Shown here piece by piece: positions 8,910-17,897 of a DNA stretch of 64,000 nt (position 1 is its first letter; the number at the start of each line of letters is the position of its first letter). The DNA is taken from the sequence record PQ015379.1. The stretch is one strand, 5' to 3'. Under the pieces are notes generated by a model. It saw only the letters and a program-made list of their open reading frames with translations. It was not told where the DNA came from and did not search any database. A program made the position numbers and the translations under genes.

Positions 8910-11900
8910 TTAACCGAGGCCCGAGTGATCCAGATCCGACATTTTGCCGCGCCAACCATCAGCCCGCGAAAGATAAACCAAGGTGCCATCGGCCTTGTAC
9001 AAACGGAAGTAGAACCACGTTTCGTCTTTGGCCTTGTAGTTGTAAACACGCACATGGAATTTCGTAGGGCCTTTTTTCAGAGCAAACCGCGTGCCGTTCA
9101 AAGGTCGCGCAGTACACCCGATATAAAGTCCCAACGCATCGTCGGCGCCACCGCTGGCGTAATATTCACCGTCTTCAGGAATTTCGAAATCGCGTTCTGC
9201 GCTCCAATATCCGTAGTGAGGGCCAGCACCTTTACCGTTGTAGGAAGTGCCGGGGTGAATACCGATCACACCGTACGCAGTGGTGTTTTCATACAGGCGC
9301 ATGCCGACCGATTGCGCGAGCGGATTACCTGCGGCAGAACTGGCGCCCGGCAGACCCGGACCAGAAACCGAAACAGCTTGACCGGCAGCATTCAAAATCG
9401 CCCAGTTTGCCCACGTCACGTCACCGCCACCGTTCGCATAGCAAATGGTGATTACCGTTGGTTTGGAACCGTCTGTAACGGTGAAGCTATTCGATTGGGT
9501 GTTACGCCAGTTCGAACCTTTCGACGCAATGTGTTGGCAATTGACATACAAATGACCGGTGTCGTCACACGACCACAAAATCGTGTACGTGCCAGCCGGA
9601 AGCGTTGGGCGATATTGAACGGAATAAACCGCACCCGACGATTGCCCGGAGTTGGAATGCAGCGAACTGCGGACCTTGATTGCCCCATAACCAACAGTGA
9701 AACCACCCGAGGCCCCGCTGTGCGATTGTTGTTCAATCGTATTTCCGACGATGTTGCAAGTGTCGGGGAATTGATCACACGATGGCGGCGTGCCCTCGGC
9801 AATCAGTCGCCCACGCCAATCGGCTGGGTTGGTGGCGTAAACCACGCGGTTCTGCTGATCCATGATCGCCATTGCAGCGTAACCGGGACGTGCGACTTTC
9901 GAATTGTTCATGGAATATTGAATGTAGAATTTCCGAATCCCTCTGTTCATCGGAATCCACGTACGCATCGCACCACCGGCCCCGCTGTTCGTAGCGATCA
10001 GCTGGCAATCCATGTAGAGCGCGGCGTTATCCATGCCATGGAAGAAAATCGTATAAAGTCCGGACGCTGGAATGTTGATATCTGCGTCGATTACCTTCAC
10101 ACCCGCACCGTAGGTCAAAAGATCCCCGGTGAACAACTGGTACGCCCCACGGTTCACGTACGGGCTGAGGCCGTTAGTGGAAACCGCCAATTCCGTATGC
10201 TGATCACATTCGAAATAGTTCTGGTTTTTGATGGTGCCGATTGCCGTCATTTTGCCCGGCTCGGCGTTCACCAGATTTTTCAGCGTCACTTGGAAAGTAA
10301 CGTCAGGCCCCATCAAATCCGTACCACAAACCGGCACACAAATTCGCGTCGATTGGTTACACGCGGGAATGGTGGCCGTACCTTGCACTTTGTTGTAATC
10401 GGCACCGTACGTGATCGCCAAGGGCGGCGGTTCTGCGGTGATACCACCAACTTTCGAACGCCACAGGTGCGTGTATGGGTTGGTGGCGAAAACAACTTGG
10501 CCACTGCTGTTCAGAATTACCAGCTTGACCCAGCCCGGCGTGCAGTGCGGCACGTTTTGGTACATGATGGAAAGTGTTTGCCAGCCAGCTTTTGCGGTAA
10601 TGCGCGCAGATGATGCCCACTCCCAAGTCGGGGCCGAAAACTTTCGCACACAGTCGAGATAAACGTACATGTTATCGTCAGCACAGCCGACCATTGTGTA
10701 TGTGCCGTCATACGGCAACTCGATTTCGGTTTCCACCACGTAGTATTGGCCACCAACCGCACAGTTTGGGCTGTGATGGCTGGAACGAATCCGATAGCAG
10801 CTATAACCGATCCAAGTGTCGTTACTGGAACCTGCCTCAACGCCAGTACCCGTGGCCAGAATATTGCAGAACGGCGAGTTCGGGACAGACTCGGTAACAG
10901 TGCACGTGCCGTTTTCAGAAACGATTGCGGTAAGCGGCGAAGTTTCCCACGTGAACGTCACGTCGCGAGGCGTTTTGTTTTCCAGCGTGATATCGAAGCA
11001 CAGCAGCGAGGTTTCGCCTTTCTTGCCACGCACGATTTCCGCATCAGGAATATTCAACACAGGTGGCGGAACTGGGCAACTCACGGTGAACGCCCATTCC
11101 GGGCAGCACGGACCAATGATTTTCACGTGCACCACAGAACCGTTTGCAGGCTCAAACCGGAAATAAAACCGGTTGTGGCCCTTGATCACATTTTGCGTAC
11201 CAGCCACCAGCATTTCGTTCGGATACGAGCCTTGGTAGAAAACCAGTTGCACCGCATCTTCCACGAAATATTCGACGACGATATCGCCACGCGCTTTGCC
11301 CGTGAAGTCGTACCAAATATCAGTCGTGTGTGCCCCTTGGCCAACAATTGCGTAACGTGGATCGAGCGAATCATTCAAGGGGCGGCAAAGCACGTCGTAC
11401 GGAACCGGATCGGGGACGCCCATGCATTCCATCATGTTGATTCGCGAACCGCGCTGGCCCGGACAAAACATGGAATACGTCCAGTCGTTGTATTGACGCG
11501 GACCGGTGTAACGAACGATCACGAAATTGTCACCGCCGACAACCGTGTGGTTAAACGTCAGGGTGTTTGCTACTTGCGTTTGCGTCTTGCTGTTGGCGGT
11601 CGTGATTCCTGCAACGCGGCCCCCGGCATAAAACACTTCGAATTGCACCGGCTGTGTGCCGTTTACCGTCAGGTCAATATCGACCCGGCCAGTGTCTGGC
11701 AAGTAGTGCACGTTTTCATACGTGGCAATATCCTGTTGCAGCATGTTGCCGTCGTCGTTTACGAAGCACGGCAGGACCGGGCCAAACGTACCAAAGCACG
11801 GGGCCGGGCGGTCGAAATGCGTTTGCTGCGAAATATTCACTTCGCCCAATTTCACGTGCCAGCGTGCACCGGCAGGGGCGTCAACGCGAACCGTCAGGAA

Positions 11901-12539
11901 GTTATTTGCAGGCACAGGTTCGCCGCAATCGTCTTCAGTTGTTTCAGGCGGTTCCGTATTGAAAAATACGTTGAAATAATTGCCGCTTACGTCGGAATCA
12001 CCGAGCAGCACGCAATCATTGTAAATGCGGACCCGAACTTGTGTGTCGAGTTCCAAAACACTGACTTCGATGTGGCCGCTGCGGGTGCCCGCGTAAACCA
12101 ACATTTCCGTGATTTCTGCGTCGTGACCATACAGCGTAGTTGGCAACGAATACGCAATTGTTTCCTCGACTACTGGGGCCGTGGAAGTGAAGCGCCCGCC
12201 TACCACGTTGTAGTCCGGGGTGTGGCCGGTGTAGGTTTTGCAATTGTTTCCATCGCAATCGCAAACCAAATAACCGGTGGCGCCACCGACTTTGAATTCA
12301 GAGGAATCGAAATTGCCGCTATAACCCGGCCAGCAATTCGCCAATTGTTCAGGCGGGCAATAGGCCGCGTCCTGATCGCAATTAACCTGAAGCCAATAAT
12401 CGTTCGAACCGTGACGCACACGCAGGTCGTTCAGCGGGTCGATTTCTTTCCACGTGCCATCTTCCTGCAAAACTTTCCATTCACTTGCGCAAATGTTAAC
12501 CCATTGGCCGTTAGGCGACCGGATCGTTAAGTCGCTCAT
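8910..12539 (-). CDS. Cys-rich adhesin/fibre protein: beta-sandwich repeats, Calx-beta and four PA14-like domains
   Basis: PA14-like motifs: DGTYTMVGCADDNMYVYLD, SGLYTIFFHGMDNAALYMD, AGTYTILWSCDDTGHLYVN, DGEYYASGGADDALGLYIG. Split Calx-beta: PVLNIPDAEI... / GADYNKVQGTATIP...TLKNLVNA. Confidence 0.75.
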   Translation of the reverse strand: MSDLTIRSPNGQWVNICASEWKVLQEDGTWKEIDPLNDLRVRHGSNDYWLQVNCDQDAAYCPPEQLANCWPGYSGNFDSSEFKVGGATGYLVCDCDGNNCKTYTGHTPDYNVVGGRFTSTAPVVEETIAYSLPTTLYGHDAEITEMLVYAGTRSGHIEVSVLELDTQVRVRIYNDCVLLGDSDVSGNYFNVFFNTEPPETTEDDCGEPVPANNFLTVRVDAPAGARWHVKLGEVNISQQTHFDRPAPCFGTFGPVLPCFVNDDGNMLQQDIATYENVHYLPDTGRVDIDLTVNGTQPVQFEVFYAGGRVAGITTANSKTQTQVANTLTFNHTVVGGDNFVIVRYTGPRQYNDWTYSMFCPGQRGSRINMMECMGVPDPVPYDVLCRPLNDSLDPRYAIVGQGAHTTDIWYDFTGKARGDIVVEYFVEDAVQLVFYQGSYPNEMLVAGTQNVIKGHNRFYFRFEPANGSVVHVKIIGPCCPEWAFTVSCPVPPPVLNIPDAEIVRGKKGETSLLCFDITLENKTPRDVTFTWETSPLTAIVSENGTCTVTESVPNSPFCNILATGTGVEAGSSNDTWIGYSCYRIRSSHHSPNCAVGGQYYVVETEIELPYDGTYTMVGCADDNMYVYLDCVRKFSAPTWEWASSARITAKAGWQTLSIMYQNVPHCTPGWVKLVILNSSGQVVFATNPYTHLWRSKVGGITAEPPPLAITYGADYNKVQGTATIPACNQSTRICVPVCGTDLMGPDVTFQVTLKNLVNAEPGKMTAIGTIKNQNYFECDQHTELAVSTNGLSPYVNRGAYQLFTGDLLTYGAGVKVIDADINIPASGLYTIFFHGMDNAALYMDCQLIATNSGAGGAMRTWIPMNRGIRKFYIQYSMNNSKVARPGYAAMAIMDQQNRVVYATNPADWRGRLIAEGTPPSCDQFPDTCNIVGNTIEQQSHSGASGGFTVGYGAIKVRSSLHSNSGQSSGAVYSVQYRPTLPAGTYTILWSCDDTGHLYVNCQHIASKGSNWRNTQSNSFTVTDGSKPTVITICYANGGGDVTWANWAILNAAGQAVSVSGPGLPGASSAAGNPLAQSVGMRLYENTTAYGVIGIHPGTSYNGKGAGPHYGYWSAERDFEIPEDGEYYASGGADDALGLYIGCTARPLNGTRFALKKGPTKFHVRVYNYKAKDETWFYFRLYKADGTLVYLSRADGWRGKMSDLDHSGLG

Positions 12540-12567
12540 AAAAAATGTCCCGCTAATAAATGATTCT

Positions 12568-12579
12568 GTATTTAAATTA
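12568..12579 (-). promoter_or_regulatory. TAATTTAAATAC motif, candidate late promoter, directly after a terminator
   Basis: About 30 nt upstream of the ATG at 12539. Confidence 0.4.
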
Positions 12580-12583
12580 CCCT

Positions 12584-12614
12584 AAAACAAAGAAAGGGAC
12601 TGAATAAGTCCCTT
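12584..12614 (-). terminator. Rho-independent terminator
   Basis: Minus strand AAGGGACT-tattc-AGTCCCTT then TCTTTGTTTT. Confidence 0.75.
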
Positions 12615-12629
12615 AATCTGCATTCCGTT

Positions 12630-13145
12630 TTAAGGCTTAACCCACAGTGCACCAGCCTTGACCACAGAGCCTTCCATTGCGCTGGGGTCTTCCGACTGAA
12701 TAAAGATTTGCATGAAACCATCAGAACCACGCGGACCCGGTTCGCCTTTTGGACCAGCAGGGCCTTGAATACCTTGCGGACCGCGAGGGCCTTCCGGACC
12801 AGTATCACCACGTGGGCCTGCCGGGCCTTGGCAACCCGTGGCCCCTTGTTCGCCGTCGCGCCCGTTCGTGCCGTCGCGCCCGTTTTCACCCGGATAACCG
12901 CGAGGACCAGCCGGACCTTGAATCAGGGAATTCGCGGTATAAAAACCGTCGATATCCACATATTCACCGTCCGACATTTTCAAACGCAAAACACCGTTTG
13001 GATTCAGCGTACCGCTCACAAGTTGCGGTACGGCTTTATCTTCGTCGGTCGCAACCTGAACAGAAGAGCCGGTGTTTTTGAGGGAGGCCCCCGTTTTGCC
13101 GCGAGCGCGCAGCATGGTTACGGGAACCCGTGTCATTTCTCCCAT
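12630..13145 (-). CDS. Short collagen-like fibre protein, 171 aa
   Basis: Gly-X-Y run with GC motif; shares N-terminal TRVPVTML and pre-collagen [14 protein letters not shown] motifs with its paralogues. Confidence 0.8.
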   Translation of the reverse strand: MGEMTRVPVTMLRARGKTGASLKNTGSSVQVATDEDKAVPQLVSGTLNPNGVLRLKMSDGEYVDIDGFYTANSLIQGPAGPRGYPGENGRDGTNGRDGEQGATGCQGPAGPRGDTGPEGPRGPQGIQGPAGPKGEPGPRGSDGFMQIFIQSEDPSAMEGSVVKAGALWVKP

Positions 13146-13161
13146 AATTCACCTCGAAATA

Positions 13162-14172
13162 TTAGAGTCCCGGCCCGCTGATTTCGTACCACCAGCCGTC
13201 GCCCGCGAGCGTGCCAGCAACACCTACGTCTACGCGAATCGTGTTATCAGTTGCATCCGGTTCGTACTGGAATTCCAGTACGCCGGGATTTGTTTGTGTG
13301 GCCCCGTTTTCTTTGCCGTTAGAACCGGCAACTTTTACCCCTTTGTAGTAAACGTTCACCGGGTTTGCACCGACCCCAACAACCGTAACACCAACATAAG
13401 TGATTCGAATAACGCCGGGATTTGGGCCAACATAATGAGTGTTCGAAACGATGTTGGTATCGCCCGATTTGCTGCAACGCATTTTCGGAACTTTCGGGAA
13501 CACACATGGTTCTGGTTCTGGACAAACAGGCGGATTGTAAACACCACACAAATAATCGACCGATGGATTCACCCACAGCAAACCATCTACGCGATCTTTT
13601 TCTTCAGGTTCCGTGGTGGAAACAATAATGTTCATGTAGCCTTCCGGACCTTTCGGACCGGGGCGACCTTGTGGACCTTGTTCACCACGTGGGCCTTGTG
13701 GACCCTGCGGACCTTGGGGGCCGGTTGGACCTACAGGGCCTTGCAAACCTTGTGGACCTTGGGGGCCTGTAGCACCAGCTGGCCCCGGTTGACCAGTACG
13801 CCCGGTTTCACCTTTTGGCCCCGTTTGGCCAATAACGCCTTGTGGACCTGCGCAACCTGCACCGCCCGGCGCACCATCGCGCCCATCTTTTCCGTTTTTT
13901 CCGTCAATGCCGGGAAGCCCCTGCGGCCCCGTAGGACCGGCAGGGATTTTCGAAGGCACAGGGAAACCGGGGACACGCAATTGATTGCCGTTGTAGAAAG
14001 TAATTGTCAGCACACCCTGCGTTTCATCGTAGAGTGCGCTTTCGATTTCCGACACATCGGCATCAGTTGGTGCAGTTGCAGAAAGGCGTTCGTTTTTAAC
14101 CTCAAGAATACTCGAATCGCGCTCACCTTTTGCGCGAATCATGTACGTTGGGATTTTGGTTAATCCTGTCAT
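13162..14172 (-). CDS. Collagen-like fibre protein with C-terminal beta-sandwich, 336 aa
   Basis: About 33 Gly-X-Y triplets; LTKIPTYMI and [10 protein letters not shown] motifs. Confidence 0.8.
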   Translation of the reverse strand: MTGLTKIPTYMIRAKGERDSSILEVKNERLSATAPTDADVSEIESALYDETQGVLTITFYNGNQLRVPGFPVPSKIPAGPTGPQGLPGIDGKNGKDGRDGAPGGAGCAGPQGVIGQTGPKGETGRTGQPGPAGATGPQGPQGLQGPVGPTGPQGPQGPQGPRGEQGPQGRPGPKGPEGYMNIIVSTTEPEEKDRVDGLLWVNPSVDYLCGVYNPPVCPEPEPCVFPKVPKMRCSKSGDTNIVSNTHYVGPNPGVIRITYVGVTVVGVGANPVNVYYKGVKVAGSNGKENGATQTNPGVLEFQYEPDATDNTIRVDVGVAGTLAGDGWWYEISGPGL

Positions 14173-14177
14173 TTGTC

Positions 14178-16676
14178 CTACACCTTATACTGAATGGAGT
14201 AGCGATCAGTGCGCGGGCTAAATTCAGGCAAGGTCGTGGTTTCTTGACGGATGATTACCCAATCCCGAACCCCGTTGCCGTCGTCATACTGCACGGTCAA
14301 ATAGATTGGGAGCGCTGGGTTGTAACCCGGCAAACCTTCGTAGTTGCCCAGCAGGTCGTTACGCCACAAAATACCTTCAAACTCGACTTCGAAATTGTTG
14401 CCGAGGTTGATGATTTTAACCGAGGTGCCCGCACGCTTATCCCACATCACATAAACGAAATCGTCAACGGTGATAGTCGGTTCGATAATGCCGGGTTCAG
14501 TGGCCGACATGTTGAACTGATTAGTCATCACCTGATCAGCGAATTGTTGAATGCCGGTCCAGTGCGTGTAATTGCGCCCACTTGGCGACGGGTTAGCCAC
14601 CACGCCATACGCCTGTTCTTCCTGCGTGATTTCCGAAGCAATCGGGCCACCAGTAAACAAACGGTTGGCAAACATAGCAACACCCCAACGCGGGATGCCC
14701 ATCGGTGCTTCAGTGTCTACCAATTTGCACACTCCGTTGTAAGTTTTTGGGCTGGAAGTTGTCGAACCATCCGACCACGTGGTTACGGTCCAAGTAGCAA
14801 TCACAAAGGGATCGCCATCGGGAACGCCGCCGTTTGTTTCACCGGGGCCACATGGAACCTGTTCGGTTTTTTCTTCTTGGCTCACGATATAAATCGGAAC
14901 CGCACATTTCACGTAAAGCTTGAACGTACCGGTGCCGGTAGTCACGATGCGCAGCCCGTCAGCAGTATTCCACAGCGACGTGAAAGTCTCGCTGGCGCTC
15001 ACGGTTTTAACCAGCGTCGAACCTACACGGAACACTGCGGTAACTTGGCCCGTGATTTCGATTTTAACTTCGACGTGACCGCGAATGTTTGGCGTTGCAA
15101 ACGAAACGTCGATAATGTCGCCGCCGTTGAACGAAACCAGTTGATCACCGCACGGCAGAACCTTAACCGCTGGGCAACTTGCTTGGATCGTCAGGTATTC
15201 ATCGAGCACATCGCACACGACTTTTACCACGCCAGTTCCGGGGTAGAAAAATGTCACGTTGCGCCCGAAACCAACCAGCACATTATCCCGGTAAACCGAA
15301 ACGTCTTGGCTGGTTGTGATCGTGGTATTGCCGGGCGTCGAACCATATCGAACGGTGATGTTCGAATACGAATCGAAGCTGCGAATAATTCCGCAATCGA
15401 TGGTGCCTGTTACCGGTTGGCGTACCGGGCAAGAAATCCGCATTTGGAAATCGTTGCCACGCGCTTTAATCAACAGGGGCAGCGAGCGATCATAGGTCAG
15501 CTGGTAGGTGCCAGATTCCGAAATGTACTGCGTTGTCCCGTGAATGATTTCAATCGCGGTTTCGGTCACGATCACATCGAGCAACGCGGGGCCGCTGATG
15601 TTGTTCATGTCCATGGTGATATTCGAATAACCGGGATACGTGTTCAGCGTGGTTCCGCACTCGGCGTCGATATCAACCGGGATCGGATCAGGCGAGGTGT
15701 ACGGACATTTTGCAAACACAGCGATTTGGCCGTAGCCCTGCGCGTTGATCGTGACTTTGCCTTTATCCGGCTGGTAATCGTAGGAGAATTCCACGGTGCC
15801 CGAATGCCCGCTCACAACATAAAACGGCACGTTGTTTTGCGAGAAAATCAGCTGCGCAGTTTCCACCAGCGTGACCCGGAAATCGATAGTGCCGATCCGC
15901 ACCGGCAATTCGAGTTCGGTCAATTGCGGCGCGTTGAAAACGTAGTCCTCGGTCGCGTCACAAACGAATTTGTAGGTCGGAATTTCCGGCGTTTCTTCTT
16001 TGTAAGGGCAGGTGAAAATGTAATCAACGGACCCGGTGCCTTGGGTCAGCAAATAAACGTCGCCCTTTTCTGGATCATAATCGAAGGTGAAAACTTCGTC
16101 GCGATCCGCCGTCATGGTGAACAGCAGGGTTTTGTCTTGGAACACCTGCACCAGCGCGTTACCGACCGTGGTCCAAATCACATCAACACGGCCCGGAGAA
16201 TCACCGAGCAAAATCGTGTTTTTCTTCACGTATCCGGCTTGGTGCCATTGGCGACCACAACCGATTGTCGTTTCAACCGGCGAAGGTACAGGCACAACGG
16301 CAGGCAAGCACGGATCAACAGGGCACAGCAAATGAATGTGTACACGCGAACCCCGCGACTGCCCTTCGTGGGTCAGAATGATTTCATCCGAGCCTTTGTT
16401 TTGATCGAGCGGACTGTAATCAAACGAAAACGATCCACTCGAAACTTTCAACGGGGCAGCCGCGATGATTTCACCGTTTTGGTAAACGTAGATTTCATCC
16501 TCGATATTTTCTTTGTCGAACCAGACCGTCACCGGCCCTTGCTGGAACCCGAGAAAATACGAGACTTTGTGTTTCCCTTTGCCGCACAGCGTGATCCAAT
16601 TACCGCAAACGGCGGTGATCTTTTTCGGTTCAAGATGCTGCGGCGCAATAACTGGAATCGAACTGCAATCTTTCAT
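14178..16676 (-). CDS. Virion protein with six Cys-bracketed beta-sandwich repeats, 832 aa
   Basis: Repeats of about 85-95 aa starting near C-G and ending in CP/CA (HLLCP, IFTCP, FAKCP, RISCP, QASCP, YVKCA). Confidence 0.7.
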   Translation of the reverse strand: MKDCSSIPVIAPQHLEPKKITAVCGNWITLCGKGKHKVSYFLGFQQGPVTVWFDKENIEDEIYVYQNGEIIAAAPLKVSSGSFSFDYSPLDQNKGSDEIILTHEGQSRGSRVHIHLLCPVDPCLPAVVPVPSPVETTIGCGRQWHQAGYVKKNTILLGDSPGRVDVIWTTVGNALVQVFQDKTLLFTMTADRDEVFTFDYDPEKGDVYLLTQGTGSVDYIFTCPYKEETPEIPTYKFVCDATEDYVFNAPQLTELELPVRIGTIDFRVTLVETAQLIFSQNNVPFYVVSGHSGTVEFSYDYQPDKGKVTINAQGYGQIAVFAKCPYTSPDPIPVDIDAECGTTLNTYPGYSNITMDMNNISGPALLDVIVTETAIEIIHGTTQYISESGTYQLTYDRSLPLLIKARGNDFQMRISCPVRQPVTGTIDCGIIRSFDSYSNITVRYGSTPGNTTITTSQDVSVYRDNVLVGFGRNVTFFYPGTGVVKVVCDVLDEYLTIQASCPAVKVLPCGDQLVSFNGGDIIDVSFATPNIRGHVEVKIEITGQVTAVFRVGSTLVKTVSASETFTSLWNTADGLRIVTTGTGTFKLYVKCAVPIYIVSQEEKTEQVPCGPGETNGGVPDGDPFVIATWTVTTWSDGSTTSSPKTYNGVCKLVDTEAPMGIPRWGVAMFANRLFTGGPIASEITQEEQAYGVVANPSPSGRNYTHWTGIQQFADQVMTNQFNMSATEPGIIEPTITVDDFVYVMWDKRAGTSVKIINLGNNFEVEFEGILWRNDLLGNYEGLPGYNPALPIYLTVQYDDGNGVRDWVIIRQETTTLPEFSPRTDRYSIQYKV

Positions 16677-16686
16677 GATTTATCCC

Positions 16687-17487
16687 TTAGACATACGACA
16701 CAGGGCGCGTGCCTACGTCCGTCAAATCGAAGGTTGCCGGGCAATACGGTTCCAAGCAATCTTCAGCAGCAGCCCAAATCAATTCATTGCTTTTCGGGTA
16801 ATGATCGGTGCCGACGTTGGCGCTCATTGCCTGCCCTTGGGGACCGCACGGACCCCGCGAAGTTGTGGGGCAAGAAAAACCACACAATCCGCGTTTTCCC
16901 TCGAAGCCCGGTTGACCAGTCGGACCGATATCGCCACGTGGTCCCGTTGGACCCAAAGGCCCTACGGGACCGGCTGCCCCCACTTCACCCTCAAGCCCCG
17001 GATCACCGGGCGGGCCGGGCCTGCCTTCCATTCCCTGCACACCGGCACAACCGGTTATACCGTCTTTCCCTTCTTTCCCGTCTTCGCCAATCGTGCCGTT
17101 TTTACCGGGATCACCGCGCAAACCAGTAGGCCCTACGCCGAAATCGATTTGACGCAAAAAACTGGTGACTTCGAAATGGGTTCCGTTCTTGCGATAAAAC
17201 GTCAGAACGCCCGTCGAGTCGTCGAACACCACTTCGGCCACGCGCATTGCGTCGCGGTCGGTAGGCGTGTCGAAATAAACTTCGTCCGCATTGTCGCGGA
17301 AGGCCTGTTCGCCATCGTAGCCGGGGGCCTCGATGTGGTTATAGCTGGGGGCCGTTACTTCAGTGCCAGTCATTGCGCTTTGAACACGCAACGAATTCTG
17401 GATTTTTTTGTTGGTGATAACCGTGGCGCCAATCGGCACCGTTACGGATTTATTGTCGAGTACGGCAATCGTTAAATCGTTGGACAT
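16687..17487 (-). CDS. Collagen-like fibre protein (start moved to MSNDLTI)
   Basis: Gly-X-Y run with GC; FDDSTGVLTF pre-collagen motif. The ORF-track start would overlap the upstream gene by 136 nt. Confidence 0.75.
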   Translation of the reverse strand: MSNDLTIAVLDNKSVTVPIGATVITNKKIQNSLRVQSAMTGTEVTAPSYNHIEAPGYDGEQAFRDNADEVYFDTPTDRDAMRVAEVVFDDSTGVLTFYRKNGTHFEVTSFLRQIDFGVGPTGLRGDPGKNGTIGEDGKEGKDGITGCAGVQGMEGRPGPPGDPGLEGEVGAAGPVGPLGPTGPRGDIGPTGQPGFEGKRGLCGFSCPTTSRGPCGPQGQAMSANVGTDHYPKSNELIWAAAEDCLEPYCPATFDLTDVGTRPVSYV

Positions 17488-17897
17488 GTCAGATACCCAT
17501 CCACCTCTTCCGGGGTCCGGGCCGTTTGAATGCCAGAACGCCGCAAGGTGTATTGTCGATTTCTTTCTGTCACCAACCGAATCATCTGTTCCTTTGTGAT
17601 GCGGCATGGGCCGCCTTCGCGCATGATGTAATTGTCACTCAAATAACCGAGTTCATCATCGTAAATCTTTTGGCCCCGATAAACGATGAAATTCACCGGG
17701 GTCAAACGCGCGAGGGCCGCCCGACGATAGGACACGATATCGACTTCAGATTCGACACGACCATCCACGACACGAATATTCAGCAGGCCTTGGTTCTCAA
17801 GGAAATAGCAATAAATCCCTGCATCAATTTCGATTGCGTTTGGTTCCAAATCTTCGCCTTTACCGAGGCTACCGTCTAAAGCGACCCAGTATTTCAT
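17472..17897 (-). CDS. Hypothetical protein, possible tail fibre assembly chaperone
   Basis: 141 aa; ATGA-coupled to the fibre gene; function inferred from position and size only. Confidence 0.5.
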   Translation of the reverse strand: MKYWVALDGSLGKGEDLEPNAIEIDAGIYCYFLENQGLLNIRVVDGRVESEVDIVSYRRAALARLTPVNFIVYRGQKIYDDELGYLSDNYIMREGGPCRITKEQMIRLVTERNRQYTLRRSGIQTARTPEEVDGYLTCPTI

